A stretch of DNA of 63,131 nucleotides, filler included, from Rozella allomycis CSF55 (taxonomy: Eukaryota), in the NCBI GenBank assembly GCA_000442015.1. It is 13 parts of 13 records of this genome, joined end to end, with 100 filler letters (N's around TTAATTAATTAA, not from the genome) between each part and the next. Parts side by side here need not be neighbours in the genome. Positions count along the whole stretch, not along the records: positions 38,600 to 44,413 come from KE560995.1; positions 44,514 to 52,163 come from KE560996.1; 11 more parts are not named here. The stretch is one strand, 5' to 3'. How positions within the stretch are numbered: the first letter of the stretch is position 1; each line of letters starts with the position of its first letter. Of the stretch, positions 40,143 to 52,263 are shown piece by piece. A program made the position numbers and the translations under genes. The notes beneath the pieces were generated by a model. It was not told the DNA's origin, did no database searches, and worked only from the letters and a program-made list of their open reading frames with translations.

Positions 40143-40156
40143 TTAGTAAATTTGGT

Positions 40157-41237
40157 ATGTATTTTTGCTTGAAACATCCAGGATTTTCAATTTTATTTTT
40201 CGAATTCGACTCGGAACAAGGTCCAGTGCTTTGTTATTCTTTTCCTAAAGATGATCTGTTCCAAAATTGGGCAGATAAGATTTTGTTGAATGAAGCACCA
40301 GGAAACGTCCAGGAAACAACAATTTTTAATAGAAAAGCTCTGATTTACTCTGCTACAAATCAATCAACTCTATATTTGCGCAATCAGTTTATTTGGTCCA
40401 TTGTTCTTGTTTTCCCACCTCTAGCATCTTTACAAAATATCAATCATTACATTCAATCTTGGCATCTTATAGGCGATTTCTTTTATGACCTTGAAGAATA
40501 TGGAAAATGCCTAAGTGATGACTCTAAAAAAGATTGTTTTTTTAAATGCCTTGCCGACCTTTTGTTACNTAGACAGTAAATCCGGTCTCATAGATGTTTA
40601 TTTTGAAAGCAATAGATTCTCAATTAAAATCTTTTCAGAAATCTTTGACAATCAGCCAATAGCACAATATCAAGTTCCAGTTGTTCGAAAGAACATTACA
40701 TACCAAAACCTAGACTACACTCTAGTCAAAGTCATAAAATTAATAAATGGAGTCGACTGGGTTAAAAAACTTGCCAAAAACAATTCAATTGATAATGTTA
40801 TATTTACTAATGCGCTTCATCACCTCCGATTATCTGGAATTGTATCATTCATTGATATCTTTAGATTTAGCAATGTTTATCAATTTTCCATGAGCCATGT
40901 GGATCGTGACCGTTTTAAATTGACGAACACTAATTTTTCTGCATTCGAAGTTGGGGAAATGAAAAAATTATCATATGACGAATTGACAAACATTTTTAAG
41001 ATATTAGGCAACGGACAAAATACTGTAAAAGACACAATGAGAGAATATCATGGCTATATCCATGATTTGAATGTTGATGTAAGACAAATTGTAGCTTTTG
41101 GAGTACTCTGTGGTGTTTTACAACGGAAGCACAGATACTATTTCGTGGACCGTGAATGGATACTAGACGATGAATATGCAATTTCAGATCAATATGATCA
41201 TCAAAAGTTACAAAATTTGCAATGGAAGTTCCAATAA
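40157..41237 (+). CDS. NPR2: GATOR1/SEACIT subunit Npr2
   Basis: FFEFDSEQGP, YLRNQF, QVPV, LINGVDWVKKLA, IDIFRFSNVY; frame break at n 40569. Confidence 0.8.
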
Positions 41238-41265
41238 AGTCATTTAGATAGTTAGTTTATTTATT

Positions 41266-42375
41266 TTACAAGAAATACTCCGGCGCTGGCTTCTTTGCAG
41301 GTATTCCTCTTGCATCCTACTTAATACAGCATTCTTTAACATACCTGCGGTGCAGCATCAAATATTTTATAATGTTTATTCATATGCTCATCCAGCTCGA
41401 GTATGGCGGCAACATTGCCACATCTCTTGAAAAAGTCAACAAGTATTTACCTATAGCAATAATTGGGCGCAGACCAAACCGTTACGAGGGTATCATTGAA
41501 CATTAACTTGTAGCCTTCCATTACAAGTTGATGGGCGCGTGCAATCAATTCAAGGTTGTTGTTTTGCATGAACTAGCATAACACGCACAATAAGATTCTT
41601 ACAGTAGCTGTAACGTCTCCACCAAAAAGCCATCCAGCTCCCCTCGGCGATACTCCCCAACCTTCAATGTCGTCTGGATCAGACCACAACAAGTCACTTT
41701 GACTATAAATTGATTTACTAATTACCACATTGCTCCGTCGTGGGGAACTTCTTGTTTTCTGTCTATTGTCCTTATCTTTGTCAAGACTTATTTCTTTTTA
41801 TACTTGATCCAATGTGTTAATTGCAGCAGAAAGTCCACCATGGACGCAGAATACTTTATCTTCGATTAATGCCGAGAGACTCAGGTAGTCAAAAACTTCA
41901 CAACAATATCTCCATACATTAACACTTCCATACTTTCGAAGGCATTCATCATAGAATCCATATACTTGAGTAATTTGTCGGCTTTCATGATTTCCTCTGA
42001 TAAGAGTAATGCGGTCTGGATAGCGCACTTTTAATGCTAACAATAACAAAAATGTCTCTACAGAATAATACCCACGATCCACAAAATCGCCTATAAGAAA
42101 CACAAACACTCAAGTACCCATAAACAGATAGTTGGTTTCAGGACATTTCCCTCCTACTTTAAATAATTCTTTCAAATCAAAAAATTGCCCATGAATGTCT
42201 CCACAAATCAATATTTAATAAAATAGTCTGTTACCGTAACTGGGGCGCTAATCCTCTGTACGTTGCTTTCCTCAATAAGTATTTCTCGTGCTTTATAGCA
42301 TAAGTCTTTCACTTCACTTTCTTTTATCAACTCACAATTTCTCAGCTTTTCTATTTGCTGATCCAAGTCACTCAT
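41266..42375 (-). CDS. PPH3: Ser/Thr protein phosphatase 4 catalytic subunit
   Basis: [38 protein letters not shown]-terminal EYFL. Confidence 0.93.
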
Positions 42376-42409
42376 AATGCTACAAAGAAATTTCCAAAAT
42401 TTCGGAATG

Positions 42410-42584
42410 AGGAAAACATCCTCATTTTCGGGTGGGAAGAGCGCTTGGCTTAGCCAGTGGAATTTTTTAAAACGTATTTTTTACTCACATGAGTATTCCG
42501 AATCCCAAGGAAAACATCCTCATTTTCGAGTGGAAAGAGCGCTTCGTTTAGCCAGTGGAATTTTTTAAAACGTATTTTTTACTC
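42410..42584. repeat. Imperfect tandem duplication (~76-nt units) upstream of PPH3
   Basis: AGGAAAACATCCTCATTTTCG...AAACGTATTTTT at ~42410 and ~42508, with substitutions and no n junction. Confidence 0.8.
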
Positions 42585-42885
42585 CAAATCCCAAATTGAA
42601 TCAAAACAGAGAGCTCATTTAAATATTCTTTCAAAAATTAACACTAGTGATTGTGATGACTAGTATCCCGTTTAAAGGGTTTAGGGTATATAGGGTATAT
42701 TGATATTCGTTTGCAGTAATGAGTAGGTGCATTTGTTAAAAAGGTGTTCCTTACCCTCTGTGACCGTACCTTTATCGAAGCTGATGGTGTCATCAGAATT
42801 AATAACTTGAGCAATCAAAAACAGATGTTAAGGTATTTAAAAGCCATACATAATACTAATGTCGCAGCTAAAATTAAATTGACAT

Positions 42886-43818
42886 TTATTTTCTCTCCTT
42901 CATCAATAGCATAATCTCTTTTTGCAAGCCTAATTTGTGATTTGTCTCTTGTAGACTATGTAAACCCCTTAATTCATTGACAATATCTTTAGTTTTTCCA
43001 AAGTAGATGTCTTGTAAATTTGATCTTAATTTGTTTTCCATATCTTCCACCATTGTTCCAAGGTTGGATATGTGATCAAATTTGGCATTCAACACAGTGA
43101 GCTCCTTTTGATCCTAATGAAATCGTAATTAAAATTGTACCTGCCGTGTGAGACTTCCTGTCAGACTTAAATTACATTGACCGTCTCTGATAATATACAA
43201 CATTACAGTAGATGTGAGTTTGTATTCAACTTGTATCAAACATTATAATACTTTACATTTGGAGGCTTGCTTTGGAACGATTTCAAAAACATGTATCGCA
43301 TCCCATGAGGCTTTAGTTTCTACATCCACTATTTAGATTTTCAATGTAACTAACCTTTTTTTATAGCGACTGTAGCTGCGAAACCACAATTTAGGTCCCA
43401 CATATATACGCTACTAATAGCGGTTTCATAATATCTAACAATCATGGCCCTATTTCTTACAAATCTTTATAAGTTTTAAAAGCTTCATTTGCAAGTTCCT
43501 CTAATTCTCTTAACTTAGCTGAAGGCTTTAGCTGCTCATCAAACACTTCAGGCTCGTAAGCATTGCTCCAAGGAGACCTAAATGAATCTCCATCACGGTT
43601 ATAGTCACATAATAGATATTCCTTGCCACTAACACTGCACATTCTGACTTTCAAAGGCACATCCACAGTACTAAGAAGAGACTCTGCCAAATTGGGTTCT
43701 AAATCAATAAGTGATGCTAAACTATTTTCCACTAAGACAGGTGGCAGTCTGCGTATAATGTCCAGAGCGCAATCCAGTTTATTATCCTAAGTTATGAAAA
43801 CCGAAATTGGCTCACCAT
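42886..43818 (-). CDS. CAP2: F-actin capping protein beta subunit
   Basis: [48 protein letters not shown]. Confidence 0.95.
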
Positions 43819-44159
43819 TTGAACTGGTCAAGCCACATCGATAAATGTAATCTTAATTTATGCCTTGATTGACTAGTCTTAGCAGGCTATTAAAATAGCA
43901 TGAAGGCGATGATTTTATTTACCATGACTAACTTTAAAAAATGAAATTCTGACTTTAGATATCGCTGCATGCGCTGCTTAGACAGTCGATTGCTGTATTG
44001 AAAGAAGTTTGGAAGAATGATGACTTTCGTACGACTACTTCATGGATTGTCTCCAAGCGGGAGATTCTACTTGCTAATACAGTCGATAGTTTTTTTATTT
44101 ATATTTTAAATATATACAGTTAATTGAATAATCGTAAGTATTAAGGATGAGGGAAAAAT

Positions 44160-44283
44160 CACCAAGGAGTCGAACCTTGCCTCAACCTGAAAACCCCAGA
44201 AAAATCGGAAACATGGATGGGGTTCGAACCATGCACCAAGACGACCGGAAGCATCATGGTTTGCCACTAGACCACCGGAAAGT
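44160..44283 (-). other. tRNA-derived (SINE-like/pseudo-tRNA) element
   Basis: A box TGGTCTAGTGG, B box GGTTCGAACCC, second B box GGTTCGACTCC; acceptor stem does not pair. Confidence 0.45.
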
Positions 44284-44513
44284 CAATNCTTGCTAATACA
44301 GTCGATAGTTTTTTTATTTATATTTTAAATATATACAGTTAATTGAATAATCGTAAGTATTAAGGATGAGGGAAAAATCACCAAGGAGTCGAACCTTGCC
44401 TCAACCTGAAAACNNNNNNNNNNNNNNNNNNNNNNNNNNNNNNNNNNNNNNNNNNNNTTAATTAATTAANNNNNNNNNNNNNNNNNNNNNNNNNNNNNNN
44501 NNNNNNNNNNNNN

Positions 44514-45655
44514 TTATTCATAAAGACGCATAGTTTTATTGTTGGCGCATGTGTTACTCCTACCGACCCAATTCTGGCACATTCGGTTATCAAAGGAAAA
44601 TTCGCCAACAAGTACATTCCGCATCACTTGCGCAATATAATATCAGCGGAAAGGTAGTTGATCTTTGTGTTATAAATAGCGGTGCTAATGATGGTCTCGG
44701 TTTTCCGCTTTTAATGCTTCCAATATATTTCTTGCAGACGGACAATATTGGGGAAGCATTAATGCAATGGTTAACAATTACATGGCTATATGAGATTGGA
44801 TTATCTATTGTTATTGGATTTATATTAGGCTATTCCGCCAAACATATTTTGCAGAAGAGTGAAAAGAATGGCTTGATTGATAAAGGGTCATTTCTAGCCT
44901 TTTCCATCGGACTAGCAGTAATCATTCAACTTTACATACATATAGTTAATGGTCACTGGCCTAGTGTCGTTGTTAGCGAGTGATGATTTATTAGCTGTGT
45001 TTGTCGCCGGAAACACTTTTACTTGGGACGACTGGTTTACCGAAAAAACAAAAAAGGAAAACTTTCAAGAGATCATTGATATGCTTTTTAATATAGTATT
45101 TTTTGTGATACTTGGATCTCTCTTGCCATGGGCATCATTTGCTAGTTTCGGGTTAGGAAAATTGTTTGGATTGTCTTTCCTGATACTAATTTTCCGCAGA
45201 TTACCCATTGTCCTAATATTGAAAAGATTTATTCCAGTTTTGAGATCATACCGCGAGGCATCGTTCNGCCTATTGTTCTTTTATTGAAAAGATTTATTCC
45301 AGTTTTGAGATCATACCGCGAGGCATCGTTCGCTGGCTGGTTTGGACCGATTGGTGTTGGCGCCATATTCTTTTCGCTGTTGATTGAAGAAAAGTTGAAA
45401 ATCCAAACAAATAGCGCAGATGAGATTGACTTTATTATCAATAATACGTTTACGGTAGTATCTTTTGTTGTCCTTGCGTCAATAATTGTGCATGGGATCA
45501 CGGTGCCGATTACCAATTTCCACTTGAAGAAACGAAAGCAAAAGAAATTAAGATCTAGAACGGCAAAGATCAATTTGGCATTATACGAAGAAGATGAAAC
45601 TGATGTGGGTGATGAATTGCCCAAGTTGACAAATGCGAGCAGTGTTTATGAATAA
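44514..45655 (+). CDS. NHA1: Na+/H+ antiporter, CPA1 Nha1/Sod2 type (5' truncated)
   Basis: TPTDPILA, SAESGANDGLGFP, SDDLLAVF, RRLP, GWFGPIGVGA, SIIVHG. Confidence 0.9.
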
Positions 45656-45761
45656 AATAAATCTAATACTCTATTCATTTTTTGATGTTTTATATTTTGG
45701 CGGTATAATTTCTCTAATTGAAATGTGGCGTTAACCAATTCGGGCAAGTTGAAAATTTCCA

Positions 45762-48700
45762 ATGATGCATCTTACACCAGGATTATCAAAATCGCGCAGT
45801 CGTTTGGACTTGTTTTCTTCGCAGGACATTCCGCATGTGCAAAAGAATCAAGTGTCGAGACGCAACGGTAACAAGACTTGACAATTGAAATTAGGTAATA
45901 TTCAGAGTAATTTAAGAATATAGGTAATACTTTGCTGTTAATAAACATAGGTAAGAGTGATATTTTTATCCGGTATAGGTACAATTTCATACTAAATCAT
46001 TATAGGTGCCGTGTTGGGTCGTAATACGATTCTGAAGACTGATCATTTCCACAAGGGAATAAATTTGGATTTGAGTGTACTGTTGCAGGGAGCGCCTAAT
46101 TTCCGGCAGACAGAGTTGAATATCTATGGGGTAGCGCAGCCGACGACTGTAGGGCTCGCATCTATAATGTCGTTGCTTGAATGCCGCCCTGAAGACCATA
46201 TGCATAGTAATCCCAGTGAAAACGGGCATAATTCACTTAATAGCGGGAGAGAACATGTTCATAGTGCGAGTGAAAATGCGAATGTGTCGAATGCAAATAA
46301 AAACTTTGNAGATGTGGGTGATGAATTGCCCAAGTTGACCAATGCGAGTAGTGTTTATGAATAAAGTATATCTAATACTCTTCATTCATCTTGCCTTTGT
46401 TTTGTATTTTGGCGGTATAATTCTCAAATTGAAATGTGGCGTTAACCAATTCGGGCAAGTTGAAAATTTCCAATGATGCATCTTACACCAGGATTATCAA
46501 AATCGCGCAGTCGTTTGGACTTGTTTTCTTCGCAGGACATTCCGCATGTGCAAAAGAATCAAGTGTCGAGACGCAACGGTAACAAGACTTGACAATTGAA
46601 ATTAGGTAATATTCAGAGTAATTTAAGTATATAGGTAATACTTTGCTGTAAATAACATAGGTAAGAGTGATATGTTTATTCCATATAGGTAAAATTTTAA
46701 TACTAAATCATTATAGGTGCCGTGTTGGGTCGTAATACGATTCTGAAGANAATATAGGTAATACTTTGCTGTTAATAAACATAGGTAAGAGTGATATTTT
46801 TATCCGGTATAGGTACAATTTCATACTAAATCATTATAGGTGCCGTGTTGGGTCGTAATACGATTCTGAAGACTGATCATTTCCACAAGGGAATAAATTT
46901 GGATTTGAGTGTACTGTTGCAGGGCGCGCCTAATTTCCGGCAGACAGAGTTGAATATCTATGGGGTAGCGCAGCCGACGACTGTAGGGCTCGCATCTATA
47001 ATGTCGTTGCTTGAATGCCGCCCTGAAGACCATATGCATAGTAGCAATCCCAGTGAAAACGGGCATAATCCGCTTAATACTGGGAGAGAGCATGCTCATA
47101 GTGCGAGTGAAAATGCGAATGTGTCGAATGCAAATAAAAGCTTTGGTGTTTTTTCGCAGTCGTGTAGTGATGTGTTTGAATGCAAGAGATGTACGTGGTT
47201 TAATACGCGGGAGGAGCCTGTTGTGTATATTAATGAGAAGCCGTTTGTGTTGCGCGAGTATGATAGCCCGTTTAGGAATATCAAAACGTATAATGGGATT
47301 AGTGCGAGTAGATTGGAGCAGCTGGAGTTGCGTATGAAGGAGGATGTGTTGAAGGAAGCTGAGAGAAACCATGGATTGGTGTTGGTGCATGATGAGATTA
47401 GTAAGAGAGTATTAGTTTTGAGATAGGTGATGGGAAGATTGTGCCTTATTGGGTGTCTGCTGAGCAGGTGAGAACGAGTCGGGAGGTGTTTGAGTGGTTT
47501 ATCCAGCGGGGGTATAGGGTGAGTTATTTTAGGATACCGATCTCCGCGTCGCAGGCACCGAGTGATGAGTATGTGGATGAGTTTGTGAATCGGCTGATGC
47601 GATTGGAGGTGGAGGAGAGTGTTGTGTTTAATTGTGGGATGGGGGTTGGAAGGACGACGTTTAATATGGCGATAGCGTTGCTTGTGAGGCGTATGAAAAA
47701 GGAGGGATTGAAGCATAAAAAGGAGAGTAATTGGAGTGATTGAATGGGATAGATCAAGATGAGGTGAATACGAGGAATATATTGAGGCTTGTGTATATAT
47801 TGGAGCGAGGGTTGAATAGTAAGATGTCGCCTAATTCAGCGATTGAATGGGCGTTGGCGCGTGGGAATTTGATTGACAAGTTGAAGAATGCGATTATGGG
47901 GAATTATCAAGTAAGAGATGGAGGGGAGAATGAAAGGTTATATTGGAGCTGACGAGTGTGTTGGAGAATGGACAATATTTCAAGAGGATTGTTGATGAGA
48001 CGATTAATCAATGTAAGGGTGTTGAAAGAGATTGAAAGGTGATGCTGTGATTAATTTGAGGGAGGATATATTGATGCATAGAATTAGACANAGGGAGAAT
48101 GAGAGGTTATATTGGAACTGACGAGTGTGTTGGAGAATGGACAACATTTCAAGAGGATTGTTGATGAGACGATTAACCAATGTAAGGGTGTTGAAAGAGA
48201 TTGAAAGGCGATGCTGTGATTAATTTGAGGGAGGATATATTGATGCATAGAATTAGACACAATGTGACTGAAGATTCGAGTGTGTTGGAGTTGGGGATTG
48301 GATCATTAGAGCGATATTTTACGTTGATAGCATTTGCAGCGTATTTGGGGGAAAGAGAGTTTAAGAATGGGTTTAGTCGATGGATTAATGAGAGGGCCGA
48401 GATTTGGAAGATGTTGGAGAATTTGAGAAAGAAGGGAGGGTTGTTGAGGTAGATTGATTTGTAGAGTTTAATAGACATTTCAGACCGATAGAAGAGTTGG
48501 GAATATTGAAGGAAAAGACAGAGCAAAACAAGGCTAGTCAAATATCATTGATTGAAGAAGAAACAATTTCAGCTATTAATGTAAGATTTGAATGATTTGA
48601 TTTATGAAGAATAGAAGTGGATCTGTGTTGACTTCGCATACAATATTGAAGATTGATCATTGGGGAATAGATAAGAGTCAAGTGATGATTGTTGGAGCGC

Positions 48701-51700
48701 CAAATTTTAGAAGAGTTGAAGAATTCCCAGTGTATGGAGTAGCGCAGCCAACTGAGAATGGAATCATCAATGTATTAGAGTACATCAAGCGAGAGTTGGA
48801 GTGTGAAGGGGTTGAAGGGGAGGGGGTAGAGGGTGAAGAAGGGGAGGGGGTTAGTGAAGAGGGGGTAGCAATGGGAATAGAAGGAATGATGATTGATGAG
48901 AGAATTCAAACTACTACTACTACTTTCAAACCTCATACTACATTTAAACCCCCTACTAATAAAATAGTTTGGATTAATTTGAGAGAAGAACCAATAATAT
49001 ATATCAAGGGAGAACCATTTGTGTTGAGAGATGAAAAGTATAGTTTGAGAAACATTCAAACATATTCAGGGATTACAAGTGAACGCTTNATTGGAGAGTG
49101 AAGGGGTTGAAGGTGAAGAAGGGGAGGGGGTTGAAATGGGTGAAGAAGAGAGGCTAGCAATGAGAGTAGAAGGAATGATGGTAGATGAGAGAATTCAAAC
49201 TACTACAACTACTTTTAACCCTCATACTACTATTAAACCCCCTACATTTAAACCCCCTAATACTAATAAAATAGTTTGGATTAATTTGAGAGAAGAACCG
49301 ATTATTTATATAAAGGGAGAACCATTTGTGTTGAGAGATGAGAAATATAGTTTGAGAAACATTCAAACATATTCAGGGATTACAAGTGAACGGTTAGAAT
49401 TGTTAGAGATGAGATTGAAGGATGATGTGATAGCTGAGAGTAAATATTATTCTGGTAGAATATTGTTGCATGAAGAAAATGAAAATGAAATTGTAGGGAA
49501 TTGGATTAAATTAGAGAATGGAAATGTAAAAACTGTGAATGAAACATTTAAATCTGAAATTTATGAATTTTCTAAAAAGAGTTTTATTGAATGTGAATTT
49601 TATAGAATTCCATTGACAGCTGAAGAATCACCAGAGCCAAATGATTTAGATTCTATTCTTCAATTGATTGCCAAAATGGATATCCTCAACACCAGAATCA
49701 TCATGTAAACTTTAGTTTTTGTAAAGGTAGGAATTGTCAAGTTGGGCATGGGAGATCTACAATGGGAATGATTGTAGCCATTCTAGTAATCAACTGGATA
49801 AGAAAAGGTATTGAAGGGGGAGTAGAAGTGGGGAGGGTAGAAGTAGAAGGGAATACTACCACAAGTGATACAAGAGATACTACATCTCCCACTACTTCTC
49901 CTACTACTTCTCCCCTTATATCCCCCCTTATAACATCATCACCTGCTATTGTTTATTCATTGTTGAGAGTTATACGAAATGGATTGGAATGCAAAAAGAT
50001 TGTAGATGAAACAATAAACAAATGTTCAATGACTGTCAATCTAAAAACTAAAATTGAAGAATACAAAATAAAAGCAGAAAAAGCAATGGATGAAAATGAA
50101 GCAAGAAGATTAATCATCAGGGGTGTTCAATATTTAAAAAGATATTTCCTTTTAATTGTATTTCAATCTTATTTGGAACAAACTAATGTTAATGCTTTAA
50201 ATGAAATGGAATCATTCAATTGTTGGATTAAAAGACATTTGGAAATTATTAAAATGATGGATGAAATGGAAGAAGCGTCTTCTATTGGCAACATTCAGAT
50301 TCTATCAATGGTTGACTCTGTTCCCCCTGGCGCTGGCATTGCACTAACAACTGAAGTTTTAGAAGTAGTCAAAAACAGAAAAGGTAAGAGATATGTAGTA
50401 GTAGTTATTAGGTAAAAGATATGAAATAGTAGTTATTAGGTAATAGAGTTGAAATAAGCATATAATAGGTAATCAATTACTTTATATTCTATTTCTCTAG
50501 GTAACCACTTANGAAGTTTTATTGAATGTGAGTTTTATAGAATTCCATTGACAGCTGAAGAGTCACCAGAGCCAAATGATTTGGATTCTATTCTTCAATT
50601 GATTGCCAAAATGGATATTCTCAACACCAGAATCATCATGTAAATAAAAGTTATTGTAAAGGTAGGAATTGTCAAGTTGGGCATGGGAGATCTACCATGG
50701 GAANCCTCAACACCAGAATCATCATGTAAACTTTAGTTTTTGTAAAGGTAGGAATTGTCAAGTTGGGCATGGGAGATCTACAATGGGAATGATTGTAGCC
50801 ATTTTAGTAATCAACTGGATAAGAAAAGGTATCGAGGGGGTTGAAGGGGTTGAAATGGATAGGGTTGAAATGGGGAGGGGTGGAGTAGAAGGGGGTAGAG
50901 AGAGAGTAGAAGTAGAAGTAGAAGGGAATACTACCACAAGTAATACACGTGATGCTACTACAAGAGATACTTCACATGTCAATGCTTCATCTCCCACCAC
51001 ATCCCCCACTTCTACTACTTCTCCCACTACTACTACTTCTCCCCTTGTAACATCATCACCTGCTATTGTTTATTCATTGTTGAGAGTTATACGAAATGGA
51101 TTGGAATGCAAAAAGATTGTAGATGAAACAATAAACAAATGTTCAATGACTGTCAATCTAAAAACTAAAATTGAAGAATACAAAATAAAAGCAGAAAAAG
51201 CAATGGATGAAAATGAAGCAAGAAGATTAATCATCAGGGGTGTTCAATATTTAAAAAGATATTTCCTTTTAATTGTATTTCAATCTTATTTGGAACAAAC
51301 TAATGTTAATGCTTTAAATGAAATGGAATCATTCAATTGTTGGATTAAAAGACATTTGGAAATTATTAAAATGATGGATGAAATGGAAGAAGCGTCTTCT
51401 ATTGGCAACATTCAGATTCTATCAATGGTTGACTCTGTTCCCCCTGGCGCTGGCATTGCACTAACAACTGAAGTTTTAGAAGTAGTCAAAAACAGAAAAG
51501 GTAAGAGATATGTAGTAGTAGTTATTAGGTAAAAGATATGAAATAGTAGTTATTAGGTAACCATGAATAGTTTAAGGCATAATAGGTAATCAATTACTTT
51601 ATATTCTATTTCTCTAGGTAACCACTTCACTTTCTTACTATATCAAAGGTAGTGTGTTGGCTTCGTTTACTATTTTAAAGTATGATCACTTTCCAGGTAA

Positions 51701-52163
51701 TTTACTCTCCTCTAACTCTTATAGGATGTCAGAAACTAACATTGAAAGATAGAATTGATGGAGCACCAAATTTTAGAAGAGTTACGCTTAGTTTAAATAG
51801 TTTACGCTTGGATGATATTTCTCATTCTACTTCAATTGAATCTCTTCATAGATCAAATTCATTCAAATTAGACTCAAAATGTTCTTATGTCTATGGCGTT
51901 GGTATGCCCACTCTAGATGGCATCAAGAAAACTTTATTGTTATGCCATTGTGGTCCAAATAATAATAGATCAATCAAATGGTATCTTTTCTCTTGTTTAA
52001 TTTCAAAGGACTTGCTTAAGAGAAGAACCTGTAATTTTCGTAAATGGAAGACCTTTTGTTTTAAGAACTTTTCAAGATCCAGTCTCCAATCTAGAAACAA
52101 CTGGTAAACATTCAGAAATATATTTAAATAGGAATTGTTTGTGAAAGAGTAGAATTGATGGAA
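45762..52163 (+). CDS. Paladin-like multi-repeat PTP-fold phosphatase; overlapping allelic fragments, 3' truncated
   Basis: Three repeats GxVL..TILKxDH/GAPNFR/YGVAQPT/REEP; CX5R loops FNCGMGVGRTT and NCQVGHGRST. Confidence 0.85.
45868..46005 (+). other. 138-nt intron = five abutting GT-AG mini-introns (27,29,27,28,27 nt)
   Basis: AG|GT junctions at 45894, 45923, 45950, 45978; removal gives RRNG|AVLGRNTILKTDHF. Confidence 0.85.
46579..46716 (+). other. Second (allelic) copy of the five-unit mini-intron array (27,29,26,28,28 nt)
   Basis: Internal substitutions/indels relative to 45868-46005 but all AG|GT junctions intact. Confidence 0.8.
50384..50511 (+). other. Allelic copy of the third-repeat mini-intron array (28,28,29,32 nt, fifth unit truncated at n)
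   Basis: Unit 3 differs strongly in sequence from 51557-51585 but keeps 29 nt and GT...AG. Confidence 0.8.
51501..51648 (+). other. 148-nt intron = five abutting GT-AG mini-introns (28,28,29,32,31 nt)
   Basis: AG|GT junctions at 51528, 51556, 51585, 51617; removal gives KNRKG|SVLASFTILKYDHF. Confidence 0.85.
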
Positions 52164-52263
52164 NNNNNNNNNNNNNNNNNNNNNNNNNNNNNNNNNNNNN
52201 NNNNNNNTTAATTAATTAANNNNNNNNNNNNNNNNNNNNNNNNNNNNNNNNNNNNNNNNNNNN

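Noticed and set aside
42676-42700. Telomere-like GGGTTTAGGG (also CCCTAAACCC near 2870)
   Set aside because: Only one or two degenerate units
45868-46005. CRISPR-like periodicity (short TAGGTA repeat with ~22-nt variable spacers)
   Set aside because: The repeat is only the splice junction, it lies in a eukaryotic intron, and there are no cas genes
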